A stretch of DNA of 64,000 nt from Paramoeba atlantica (Eukaryota > Protista > Discosea), in contig CDRNVI010000053.1 of the NCBI GenBank assembly GCA_977017575.1, positions 806,001 to 870,000 of the forward strand. Direction: 5' to 3'. The notes under the pieces are model-generated. The model saw nothing but the letters and a program-made list of their open reading frames with translations, made no database searches and was not told the origin of the DNA. The position numbers and the translations under genes were made by a program. The stretch's first letter is position 1. Each line of letters starts with the position of its first letter. This document shows, piece after piece, positions 20,465 through 31,625 of this stretch.

Positions 20465-21040
20465 TCCAGCAAGGTCTTTTGGTGAAATAATGGTTACTAT
20501 TTTTTTTCTGCGACGTAAGATATTTTTTTTTCGGTGTAAATATTTTGGTTTTATTGGTTTATTTTGCTTTCAGATATTGCCTCACATATTTTACAGAAAT
20601 ATTAAATTCTCGTGCAAGTTGCTTCTTTGGGGCACCGTCCTCGAACCTCAGGCGCAATAATGTCTTACCTATAGGGGTCATCCCCCCCTTTGGGGGACGG
20701 TACTTGGATTTTACCATGAAATTTTAGAAAACAAATATTTCTGAAACTGACTTTTTCAAAAGTTTTAAATGAAGCTAAAAATCCCGGGAACGTGCAGATC
20801 TCAAAATTCTGGACGATAAAGTGGTGCTGCAACCCCCATGGGTCCCCGCACGCAAAAAATAAAGGGGGGTGCTTTATTCGTGTCGAGGGGTTTATACATA
20901 TTTACTACTTTCGCTTATAAATATATTTGCATACACTTACACTAGCAATCAGCTATAAGTCCCTCCTCGAATTTTTAAAGACTGGACTGTTTTTTGTCAT
21001 CTTTTTTTGAACGTGTAGAGAATTTGTTACAATGTAATCC

Positions 21041-21224
21041 AGGCTAAAGTGGACGAGGGAGATACTAAAGGCACCTTTGGAAAACCACCTCGAAACTGGA
21101 ACGGTATCACCCGTTAAAGACCCTTTTGCCACATCAGAATGCTCTACAAACCTGGAGATACCGTTCCAGTTTCGAGGTGGTTTTCCAAAGGTGCCTTTAG
21201 TATCTCCCTCGTCCACTTTAGCCT
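21041..21224. repeat. Perfect 68-bp inverted repeat (fold-back/MITE) with 48-bp spacer
   Basis: 21041-21108 is the exact reverse complement of 21157-21224. Confidence 0.9.
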
Positions 21225-21831
21225 CCGAAAAATCCGAAATTGGCGGACCCGTCCTGCGGATACGCGGGGGGGTCACCACCGGGTAGGGGGGTGGAAAATG
21301 CGCGCCAAGACCCCGGCTACCCTTTCTGCGGTTTTTTTTCGAAAACTAATTTTTTCGAAAAAATTTGCTCGACCATGACCCCCCCCCCTGGACCCCCCCT
21401 GGACCCCCCTCATGGACCCCCCATTTTTTTCAAATTTTTTTTTCAGTTTTGGACCACCGGAGCCCCCTTTTATATTTTTTTCTTCTATTATATTACTGTG
21501 TTCCCCTTTATATTTTCACTGTTTTTGTTCACTTTTTTTTCAATAATCAAGGGTAGAGCGGTAGTTTTACAACCACCGCAATTATTCTTTTTAAAATATT
21601 TTGTTTTTCTTCTGTTGCGCTTCTTTCTTTTATCCTGCTTTTTTACTTCAACAGTGGCTCGGCGGAGACTGAGATTCTGTAGTGAAAAAGACCTGTGCTT
21701 TTGAAAAAAACGTTTTTATACCCATTTTACGCCCTTTTTACGCTCGCCGAATTTACCTTAGTAAGCGAATTAGATACGCACCGTATCTCCCTCAATGATT
21801 GAAACCCCTTGAAAGTCATATTATTTTTTAA

Positions 21832-22854
21832 ATGTCATTTTCTCGCCACTCCCGGGGTGGCATGAATCGTGTTACTGCTTCTCGGGCTTCCGCTCCAAAA
21901 CAATCATTCACACTTCATCGGGGGTCTAGCCTGCACATGCAGCGCAGCCTAATTTCAGCGCAGGAAATGGAAGAAAATTTTGAACGTCATGAAGACAGCG
22001 GACGTTGGTTTCGCACACTTTTGGTCGGCTTTATAGTTATTATTCTTGTCGGTTTAGGCTACATGAAATATAATTTGGAATACCGTGTTCATCTTCCAAG
22101 CGCATACAGTGAGTCTTCATCTAGAGACACACCTCTTGTGGATCCAATAGCAAAAAAATATTATGATCAGCTTGCCGTATCAATTGGTGAGAGGCAGACA
22201 CTTTTCGATAATTCACTTTCTGCTAAGGAGAGAAGAAGAGAGAGGTATCGCCTACGTAAGGCCGCCCGCCAATCTTACGAGGGTCACTTAAAACATCATC
22301 ACGCTCTATTACACTGTGGGCGTGACTGTGAGGGACGGCATAAACAAATCGAACTTGCCTTTCAAAATATTAATCAGAAGTTTGATCGAAACTTGTACGA
22401 TGTTCTTGGAATTTCAAAAAAAGAAGCTATTGATCTCCACAAGTTAAAAAAGAGATACGAAGATCTTACGAATCACGTCTCAGAAGAAAACGATGAAGAT
22501 CGTGCAATAGAGCTGGAAGAACTACGCGACGCTTTCGACGTTTTGTCTGATGCAAACTCACGCAATTTTTACAACTTGTATGGCTTACGACCCCCTGATG
22601 AGATGAAGCATACTTCAGCTCGTTTTGGTGGTTGGGGACAAGAATATTCTAATGCTAGGTCAGTACACATGCGTATTGCAATGGAAATTTTAAAATATGT
22701 TGACTCATATTGGCTTGATCTTGGTGTGCTTGCGGCTTGTCTCTTTTTTGTAGCTGTAGCAATGTGGGTTAAATACCCTGAACTAGTTGAGCTTGCAGAG
22801 CGCATGGAAGAGCATGAGCAGCGTGTTCTTCAAATGAATAGAAAAGATCAATAA
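21832..22854 (+). CDS. Membrane protein with a J-like domain lacking HPD
   Basis: Two hydrophobic segments; NLYDVLGIS...KKRY...ELRDAFDVLSDANSRNFYNLYG matches J-domain helices without HPD. Confidence 0.7.
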   Translation: MSFSRHSRGGMNRVTASRASAPKQSFTLHRGSSLHMQRSLISAQEMEENFERHEDSGRWFRTLLVGFIVIILVGLGYMKYNLEYRVHLPSAYSESSSRDTPLVDPIAKKYYDQLAVSIGERQTLFDNSLSAKERRRERYRLRKAARQSYEGHLKHHHALLHCGRDCEGRHKQIELAFQNINQKFDRNLYDVLGISKKEAIDLHKLKKRYEDLTNHVSEENDEDRAIELEELRDAFDVLSDANSRNFYNLYGLRPPDEMKHTSARFGGWGQEYSNARSVHMRIAMEILKYVDSYWLDLGVLAACLFFVAVAMWVKYPELVELAERMEEHEQRVLQMNRKDQ

Positions 22855-23304
22855 TCGGAAGGTTCTCTTTCTGCTAGAGACGACAAGACGAATCAGTTGG
22901 CAATCTGTTAATAAACCAATCCTCAAAATTCACATCGTTTTGTAAAATCAGAAATAGAGCAACATACATGCATGTTTTAGTCTCGACGCTCTTGTCGAAG
23001 AAGACTCGTTTATTTTTTCAATGAAACAGTTTTTTTCGTGCACACATTCTACGTACTGTAAGTATCTACAGTAGCTATCGCATAGTATTGCACTTATCCA
23101 ACACACTATTGAAAATGGGCTTAGTTTCTTATACTACTGATGTCACTAAATTTTGCATGAAACTTTCGAAGAGCTTTGAACTGATTTTATACTTTTCTGT
23201 TTTTCGACTCATGAAATTTATTTTTTTATTTTTATCGCTGTAAATAAAACTTTTATTAAATGTAATTGTTCTCTTTTTCGGATTCTATTCTTATTTACAA
23301 TAGC

Positions 23305-23841
23305 ATGTATCGCATTTCTCCGTCACTTCTTTCCTCCTTTCCGGCAGGATTTCTTAAGTTTGCGCAAAGATGGAGAAGCAAATTCGAAAAGAAAAATCCT
23401 ACACTGACCAATGAAGCTGTTACAAAGCTACTATTGCAGAAATTTGAAGGAATTTCTGAAGAGAGACGCTCGCGTTACGCTCTTAAGGATGTGGCAACTG
23501 AAGATGGACCCCTTCGTATGGCGCAAGTGACGAATACAGAACTTCTTAAAGGTCCTATAAAACAAGGAACTCCTGAATTTGGAGCACATACGCCCGCCGA
23601 ACTTCTTCATTACCGGCCGCTTTGCATGAAAGATGTTCAAGTGTTTGCGTCAGCTTTGGCAGAACAAGGAAAGTATAGCACATTTTTTACCTATTTTATG
23701 AAACATTATCCAGAGGTACGTGAGCTCCATCCCAAACTGACTATGCAAAAGATTTCGAAGCTAATGGGTGAAACGTGGCGGACCTTAAGTCCCGAAGAAA
23801 AGAAGGCTTACGGACGTTCGGAATGTGGCACAGAAACTTGA
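23305..23841 (+). CDS. Double HMG-box protein
   Basis: FFTYFMKHYPEVRELHPKLTMQKISKLMGETWRTLSPEEKKAY is a canonical box; a degenerate N-terminal box precedes it. Confidence 0.85.
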   Translation: MYRISPSLLSSFPAGFLKFAQRWRSKFEKKNPTLTNEAVTKLLLQKFEGISEERRSRYALKDVATEDGPLRMAQVTNTELLKGPIKQGTPEFGAHTPAELLHYRPLCMKDVQVFASALAEQGKYSTFFTYFMKHYPEVRELHPKLTMQKISKLMGETWRTLSPEEKKAYGRSECGTET

Positions 23842-24385
23842 ATTTTCCTTTGATATTTCTAGGTGTACTAATTTAGCATTTGATATTATTGAAGAAAACA
23901 GAATTCTTCGAACAGAATTTTTTTTTGAAGTGATTACATGCAAAGATAAACTTGTGATTTGAGTACTCTGTTTCGTAGTTTTACACCTCTTTTACAACTT
24001 CTTTTGCGCCGGTAGGTCTACAGAACTCCTACCAATGGGTAGGTAGTTTTTAGTATCTTCGAAAGATCGATTCTGTTTTCTTGTCTTAAATTCTAAAGCA
24101 ATTTTTGCCAAAACTGTTTCTTTGGTCATAACTGCTTTTACTTTTTTGGGGTCAAAATTCTTTTTTGGGGTCACCCCAAAAAATTCGAAAAAGTTTATTT
24201 TTTTTTTCATTTTACTTATCCGAGCTGTATTGTTTTCCACAAATGGGTTTTTCATACGGCTCTCTCCGTGTCACTCGCATGTAGAGTCGCACAATAGTAA
24301 AATTCTTGGAGATTTTACTTTTTTTCTTTACGATTTCTGGCAACTTTCAAAATGGACTTGTTTTTTTAACATTTTAATATTTTCA

Positions 24386-26779
24386 ATGATCTCTAGAAAG
24401 CTTACTAATGGTGGAGAATCCTTCCATTTCTATCTTGAGGAATATCTTCACGAAAAAAACATATCCAAGGAGCATGCAGTACAGTATGCACCTCCTATCA
24501 AGCTAATGCCACATGATTTTATAGTTTATGAACTCTCCGACAACGGGGTCGTAGTAGGCTATAAATCTGATCCATTTCGTACAATTTGTTCTGCTGCTAA
24601 CGCTTCAAATAGGGTAAGACACGATACCGCACCAGATGTTGCTTTCCATGACCAGGAAGCTGTTTTTTGTAGTTGTTGTGGCGGCAAATTTGCGATTGAC
24701 GCTAAATTGAAAAAGGCAAGGTCTCTGCTTTTTAGCATTCCCAAACAACTTACAGCACTCGATTTTCAGAGCAACTCTTTCATATTTGAAGGTATTAAAG
24801 ATTGGAATAGCCGATTAGAGGAGCAATTATGGGAGCTAAACTTTAGCGAAATCGAAAGAAAAATTGACTCACTTACTGAAAATATTAAACTCTCCATAAT
24901 GACAAAATTCAAGCGCCTTGGTGATATTACGGAAAATGGCGAGATTCTGTTTAAACACCTAAAAGAGTTCGGAATGTGTGCAATTCAGGAAAAATGGAAT
25001 CCACTCAGTATCTCACTTGGTACTTGGAAATGTAAGAATGCACGTTCTGACTTTCGCCGCTCAATCGCTTACAATTTTCCAGCGTTAATAACCTCTCTAA
25101 CATCTAACAAAGAACTGATACTACATCCTTCTGAGTGTTATGTTAAAATATTGGTACCGAGTTTATTGCTCGCAGATGCTAATTCGTTAGTTCGTAGAGG
25201 TGTTTATAATTGCCGTGATTCATCTCCTCTTATTATTTCTTATCGCGAGGGGGCCACAAAAGCTGTGAAACACGCGCTGCGACAATGGCTTCAAAGTGCA
25301 TATAAACCTTTTTATGTTCAGGCTAAAAACGGCAAGCTACTTCTAGAACTTCGTGGAAACTCATCGGTATATACCTACTACGGGGAATGTGGGAAAAACT
25401 CTTCTCGAACGAATCATTTAATAAAATCAAATTGTTTGGAAAACAGTTCCTACAGTAATATTAACTCATGCTTAACCATCAACTCAATGAGCGCAGGTAA
25501 ACATCAGATAGTATCTGAGCAAGAGGAAAGTAGAAAAGAAACTAGTCTCGAAGTGTTCATTGATGATTGCTCATGTTTTAACAATTCTCAAATTTACACG
25601 CAATTTTGTTTAACCAAGTATAATGCGGAGCATTTTACAGTAGTAAAATCCTTGCAAAAAACACTGCGTTGTCGTAACGCAGATATTTCTTATTGTGGGA
25701 TAAAAGATAAACTAGCTGTCACAACACAGTACATTCGAATAAGGGGGTATAAAGCTCGGCAAAAATTATATGAGCTAAATCGGTCTGAGCATTTTAATTC
25801 CTGTGAAAGTTGGTATCACATTTCTGACGTAGGCTACTTCCCTAGTCCTTTGTACCCTGGTAAATTACGTGGAAATCGTTTTCGCATCACAGTAAGAAAT
25901 TGGTTTGAGTCCTATAATGAGTGTAATATCAATATCGCTGCAACTAAGCTGGTACGCGATGGATTTTTAAACTATTTTGGTACTCAACGCTTTGGAGACG
26001 AAGAAGATTGGTACCCAGTTGCTGCACACTTACTAAAAAAGGATTACTGTAGAGCGTACTCTCTTTTGAAATGTTCACCCGCGTTTCAACTGTATAGGAG
26101 AACTAACCTAAAACGTCAGAGAAGTCCAACCTCTGAAACCGAAGCTTTGAATTTTTTGAAACATATTCCCTATCGCGAGTTATTACTTCACTATCACGCT
26201 TTTCAGTCTCTTGCTTGGAATTTCGTCCTTACTAAGCACGTGCAAACATTGCGAATCCAAATTTCTGCATCTAGCCTTGCTCTTGAACAAATTTTGAAGC
26301 AATATCTTCCTGAAACTATTCCATTACTTTCTAAATCTATTGTCAGTTTAGTTGAAACAGACTCTCGCACTGTTCAATATTATAATGACTTTCTGAGCCT
26401 TTATAAGCTTTCATGGGAGGATCTCTCTTTCAATCCAACTATTGGCATTCGTATCCAATCACCTTCTCGTCCCACGATTCAACGTCTCAATCACTTATTT
26501 TTCTATATTGAAAGAATTCCGACTCTTTTAATAGACCGAACAATTCTTACTCATATAAACGGCGACCAAGGGCTTCTGAAAGAAAAATTTGATTCAGCAA
26601 TACAGCCAAATCCTTTACCCGAGAACAATAGTCAAACATATGATACTCAAGCTGTACTGACTCTCCAATTTGAACTTTCTTCATCAACATATGCGACAGT
26701 TGCCCTTCGAGAATTTTTCTTGCTTTGCAGTCTAGCTCCTTGGGCTGATCGAAAGGTTTCCCAGACGCTAGCGGCATGA
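24386..26779 (+). CDS. PUS7: TruD-family pseudouridine synthase (Pus7-like)
   Basis: GIKDKLAVTTQ (catalytic D), LRGNRFRITVR, GFLNYFGTQRFG, FELSSSTYATVALRE. Confidence 0.9.
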   Translation: MISRKLTNGGESFHFYLEEYLHEKNISKEHAVQYAPPIKLMPHDFIVYELSDNGVVVGYKSDPFRTICSAANASNRVRHDTAPDVAFHDQEAVFCSCCGGKFAIDAKLKKARSLLFSIPKQLTALDFQSNSFIFEGIKDWNSRLEEQLWELNFSEIERKIDSLTENIKLSIMTKFKRLGDITENGEILFKHLKEFGMCAIQEKWNPLSISLGTWKCKNARSDFRRSIAYNFPALITSLTSNKELILHPSECYVKILVPSLLLADANSLVRRGVYNCRDSSPLIISYREGATKAVKHALRQWLQSAYKPFYVQAKNGKLLLELRGNSSVYTYYGECGKNSSRTNHLIKSNCLENSSYSNINSCLTINSMSAGKHQIVSEQEESRKETSLEVFIDDCSCFNNSQIYTQFCLTKYNAEHFTVVKSLQKTLRCRNADISYCGIKDKLAVTTQYIRIRGYKARQKLYELNRSEHFNSCESWYHISDVGYFPSPLYPGKLRGNRFRITVRNWFESYNECNINIAATKLVRDGFLNYFGTQRFGDEEDWYPVAAHLLKKDYCRAYSLLKCSPAFQLYRRTNLKRQRSPTSETEALNFLKHIPYRELLLHYHAFQSLAWNFVLTKHVQTLRIQISASSLALEQILKQYLPETIPLLSKSIVSLVETDSRTVQYYNDFLSLYKLSWEDLSFNPTIGIRIQSPSRPTIQRLNHLFFYIERIPTLLIDRTILTHINGDQGLLKEKFDSAIQPNPLPENNSQTYDTQAVLTLQFELSSSTYATVALREFFLLCSLAPWADRKVSQTLAA

Positions 26780-27662
26780 TTCTTACAGATGAACGATCAT
26801 GGCCTTTTATGATACTGCTCCCCCCTCCATTAATTTCTAAACCCCTCCCCCGCGCGCAAGAGTTAACCTTCCTCTCTATAGTTATTATTCTCATTTTTTT
26901 ATTATTCACAATTGTTTCATTTTAGGCTAAAAACTTTTTATTTTTCAAACTTCATGCCGGGACTGGCGAGACGTTTCACTGAAATAGATAATAAACCATG
27001 TTCCAAGATAGTATACCCATGTCCACTTAGTATATCTACTCCCTTCAACACAACAGAAGCGGATGACGTCCCGTTCTAGAAGCGACAGTGCAGCATTTCT
27101 AGCAATAACAGGCAAAGCACCTTAATTGAAGGCCAAGGCACCATTTTTCTAGCAAGTATACTGTAGAGAAGGAACGCACCGCGAAGCGGCGCAAAAATTT
27201 TGGTTTTGCCTTTTAGACAAAGTTTAGTATACCGTACCCACTTACTGTGACCCCCCCCCTTTATACTTCGCCGGTCAGACCCCCGCCCTTTATACTTCGT
27301 TACTGCTCAAAATGGGCGAAGTACCGTCACCCCCCCTCACTTGTCCCGACGAAAAGGCCAAAAAAGCGGAAAAGGCGGAAAAGGCGCGTGGTAGGACAAG
27401 TCACGTAGCACCACGAGGAGGTCTCGACCTTACTTCCCCGTTTCGGTTTTGTGCCCAACTTTCAGAGGAAGTTGAGATTTTTTACAGAAACGGTAACTTT
27501 ATCGTTTGAGCAGCTTTCCGAATATAACGAAAACGTTACTCCAGTAGTCCAACCAGATTTCGACGTAGTGCTGGTACATTTACTTTTCACGCTGGCTTTC
27601 TTGATTTCTTGTGCAATGGGTCCAACCTCTGATTGCGCGCTCCATATTAGGTGAGGTGCCAC

Positions 27663-28058
27663 TCACACACTGAGAGGGTTGAAACCTATGAAAGGCAAAA
27701 CCCGCATATTCCTCATTGACGTGGCGGAGAAAAGTACTTTGTCAAAAATAGTGAAGAACATACTTGGTCTCCATCGTGCGCTGCAAAACTTATTCTCGGG
27801 CTCGATCTTTCGGCTACACACACCACACCGCCACGTACTGAAGGCTCGTGGCTCTTTTTCACACGGTATCCCCGCCTTATTGGCTAAGTCGAACAGGTAT
27901 TTCACCAAACTATTGTGTTTTGTTGTGGCATTAAAACCGTAGCATTGTACGCATCCAGGTATGTGGTGTAAAGCAGATTGACTGTTCAGTAGTGTTTTGC
28001 ACCCAGGGCATAAAAGCTTCTCAGATAAACGAGGATGGGCTATTCCTAAACGCGTCAT
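27663..28058 (-). pseudogene. CRE/SLACS-like non-LTR retrotransposon C-terminal Zn-knuckle/RLE fragment
   Basis: RLGI...CPGC...HHIPGC...KHNSLVKYLFDLANKAGIPCEKEP, typical of RLE-bearing site-specific LINEs. Confidence 0.65.
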
Positions 28059-28235
28059 AATGGCCAGTTACCTATAATAGTTTGAGAGTTTGGGACCTAG
28101 ACTAGCTTTCTACGTCGTCGTTTACACAAGATACCCCTTCTTGAAGCCGTACACGTCTCCCAAAATGACGCCCCAAAAAATAGGTGTCCTGGCAAAACTT
28201 GGCAAAACCCGGCAAAACTTAACAGGTTTCAACCC

Positions 28236-28306
28236 TCTGATAATGCATAAAATTCACACAATGATAATGCATAAAACTCGCACACTGATAATGCATAAAA
28301 CTCATA
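28236..28306 (+). repeat. About 23-bp tandem repeat CTGATAATGCATAAAACTCGCACA (3 copies); second array at 30451-30560 (about 5 copies)
   Basis: Direct-orientation arrays visible on both sides of the hAT ORF. Confidence 0.85.
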
Positions 28307-28796
28307 GTCTAACTAGTATTTTAGTACGTACTATGAGATACTACTTTGGTGAGTGCATATTCTTGGAAAATAAGTTTCGCCGTAGTTGCCCCAATCTTTT
28401 TGCTTTGTATAATACGCTGATTTAATTTTATCTTTGGGTTACAGTGGTATACAAATCATATCATTCTTGTCTACTTAGAATATTGCATTTTATTAAACAC
28501 GACTTTCCCTTCATATGAGAGATAACACAGCGGAACACGTTTCCACACCCGTTCCGGAAAACACTCGCCGACGGGCCTCTGCTAAAAATCATAGAGAGCG
28601 AGCCGCAATGGTTACAGCGCGGATAGAGGAAGCACCTACCCAGGTAGCTATAAATGCCTCAATCACTCTTCAAAACGATGAGAGCACACCGCCCAAGAAA
28701 AGGAAAAGTAATGGCGGTAACTATCCTTGGTCCTGTGGGAGCCTTCATCGCCAACGACACTTGGTGTACGAGAGGTGTGACCTAAGTTCGTAACGA

Positions 28797-30459
28797 TTGT
28801 GCCTTGATTGGGCACGCAAAAACGTCTCCGGAATCCGAAACGATGCGATGGGACACATACAGCACATTCGCTGTAATCTTTGTGGCTGGGTGTCCCACAG
28901 CAAGGGAGAAAATGTGTGTTACAAGCACTACAAGGAGTGCTGCTCGAAATCTCAAGACTTGAGTGAAGACTGCGGAGACAACGAACCCAAAGTCTTTAGA
29001 AGAGTATATCTCCGAAGCCCTTCCATATTTTGCCGCACAAAGTAATCTATCTACCGAGGGGTTCCTGGGTTGTGTTCGACTCCTGTTTGAGGAGATCCCT
29101 GCTGATGTCTCACCTTCAGAAGTTGCTTGCATTCTTCCTTCTCCTCGCGAGTTTCACCTTAGCGAGCGTCGGATTGCCGATATGATTTGGGATGATATTC
29201 GGCGCAGCATTGACGGAGCGAAATTCTTTGGGTTGACGGTAGACGGGGGGGTTGACAAAGTTTTAAATGAGCACGTACTTATCGCAATCTTGTACGTCGT
29301 GGACCGGAACTTCCTTCTCCCTCCGATTTACCATCCGAAACACAAGTCATTCAATGGAGTTGAAATGGCGCAATCCTTGATGGAAGTTCTTCGCTCTTGC
29401 CTATCGGATGCTCGTCTTTCCAAACTTCGATATATAATGGCGGATGGGGCTCCCGTAAACAACGTCGTAAGACGTGAAATAGAGTCTAGCATGGCAAATA
29501 TCCACCACTCCCTTGTTTCTGCAGAAGAAGAAATATATTCACGCATTCGTCCTATAGGAAGCACGGACCGGGAAAACATCATACTTGGTGTGCACAAACA
29601 GAATCCCCACGTCGCTTTATTACCTTGTTTTGGCCATCTGTTCCATAACATTGCAAAAGATGCGATGCAGCACTATGCGGATGAACCCATCATGAACGTG
29701 AGAACTTATTTGTCAAGAATATTTTATGGGGGAGATCGTGTGGGTGCAAAAAAAGGGAAATATTTTGGCAGAGCTCTTGAAGATATCATTTCTACGTTCG
29801 ACGAAGAGACTCAGAACGCTGAGTCATATTTTAAATCTTTCTATCGCTCTGTGGATAGCGAAAAGCTCGACAAGCAAGGTCGCAAGGACACGATAATCAG
29901 GATGAAAGAGGCTCTACAAACGCTTACTAAGGTTTCATTGAAGGCAGGTGATGTACTTAACGAACTCGAGCAAGCTACTTCTTTGGAGGATCAATGTGAG
30001 GTAATGCGTACAAAAGTCTCCAGTGTGGTAAAATCTATTACTCACTCCCACGAAGTACGGGCTGTGACGTCTCCCAAACTCGGTGGGGTCACACGCTGGA
30101 TCTCCGACAAGTTTGAGAGTATAAAGTTCCTATCAGAGCAGATGCCCACTGTCGCATCCTTTATTAAGAGTGAACTAGAAGGTCTCCGAGCTCCCCAATC
30201 TGTTCACGACCTCGCTGAAATATTTGCCAAACATCCTTTGAATGATCTAATAGGAACGGGAACACCTATTTTTGATTTTACTCGAGAGGAGTGGGACGCA
30301 TATACGACTTGCCAAGATTACGAGTGGACTTGTGGTATGAGCGATGTTCAGTGGTGGCACGAAATTGGGTCCAAGCGTTTCTCCACGATTTATGAAGCGG
30401 CATTGCATTATTTATGGCTCCCCCCTCTCGTAACGGCGTGCACTCTGATCGCACACTGA
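28797..30459 (+). pseudogene. hAT-superfamily transposase, frameshifted N-terminal Zn finger, truncated before catalytic E
   Basis: CNLC...HYKEC upstream in another frame; FFGLTVDG (D1), YIMADGA (D2), PCFGH (CxxH), TRW, WW...AALHYLWLPP, then runs into a repeat array. Confidence 0.85.
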
Positions 30460-30560
30460 TAATGCGTATAGGCACACTGATAATGCATATAGGCACACTA
30501 ATAATGCATAAAAACTCGCACAATGATAATGCATAAAACTCGCACACTGATAATGCATAT

Positions 30561-30670
30561 TTTGTGCAAGCCCTTCGAAAACAAATTGAGCCCTTCAAAA
30601 AAAATTGAGACCCTCCAAAAAAATTGAGCCCCTAAAAAAATTGAAGAAAGGCCCTTCAAAAAAAATTGTA
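30561..30670 (+). repeat. About 19-bp tandem repeat GCCCTTCAAAAAAAATTGA
   Basis: 4-5 degenerate copies. Confidence 0.75.
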
Positions 30671-31367
30671 AATTTAGAAAAAAATGCGGAAGCCAAGACC
30701 TTGTTTGCCCGTCTGGAAGACAAAAACTTCTGACGTTACACTCAACACAATTATTTGTGTAACAAAAAACAGGAAAACAAAAATTTGTGAATTTTTTAAC
30801 GTGCAACTTTTTTAAAAATGTAAATTTTATTTTAATTTTTTTTTTGCTCAAATCCTAAAATTAAAACTGTTTTTTAACCTAAACGAGAGTCCTGGTTAGC
30901 ATACCTGTGAGCTCGTACCATACCGGAGGGGGTATGGTATCGTACACAGGGTCGATAGCATATCCCCCCTTGTTTTTAGCAGTTCCCCCTGGTTCTCTTC
31001 AGCAGTTCTGAATGGTTGTGCCTAAATCCTTTTTTGATTGTGTTTAATTTTCTTTTCAAACGCAATATTTTATTAATACTTACTACACGTCCGAATATAC
31101 ACACACAGTACATTACTATTCATACCGAATTACCCTCATACCATTACTATTCCAAATCTGTCTGTGAATGGTCTGTCTTACCAGCGACCGTCCGGAGCAA
31201 TCCGGAGTGATTTGGATTGGATTGGATTTATCCATACCGCCTACATTTTCCTCAACAAAAAAGATCTCCACAAATATTTGTGCAACAGAAATTTGTGAAT
31301 CTTTTATTGTGCAACAATTTCAAAAGTTGCACAATAAAACATTCACAAATTTTTTGCGAACGCTGTA

Positions 31368-31625
31368 TTGGGAAGCAATTTGCGAAGCCCAAAAATTCCA
31401 CCATACCCAACCCGTAATAAAGCCAAGACCTTGTTTACCCGTCTGCAAGACAAAAATGTCCGACGTTAGTGGGAAGCAATTTGCGAAGCCCAACTTTTCC
31501 GCCATACCCAACCCCTAGCAAAGCCAAGACCTTGTTTACCCGTCTGTAAGATAAACGAGAGGCCGAACGCACGGAGGGGCCGGCCGGGCCAATGAACCTA
31601 GATCTTGTTTACCCGTCTGCGACAT
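31368..31625 (+). repeat. About 101-bp degenerate tandem repeat with AAGCCAAGACCTTGTTTACCCGTCTG core (extra copy at about 30690)
   Basis: Core at 31420 and 31521, partial at about 31604; GGGAAGCAATTTGCGAAGCCCA at about 31369 and 31470. Confidence 0.75.

Larger units (their letters stand above)
16852..21582. mobile_element. Composite long-TIR element, family F (about 350-bp TIRs, left TIR split by an insertion)
   Basis: 16852-16943 plus 19341-19585 together form the inverted copy of about 21225-21582; possible TAT target duplication. Confidence 0.7.

Noticed and set aside
24122-24385. N-terminal extension of the PUS7 ORF from a non-ATG start
   Set aside because: T-rich Phe/Ile/Leu sequence typical of a polypyrimidine/UTR region; ATG 24386 preferred.
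28236-31625. Repeat arrays as possible CRISPR
   Set aside because: Units are tandem or separated by mutually similar sequence rather than unique equal-length spacers; no cas genes; eukaryotic TE context.
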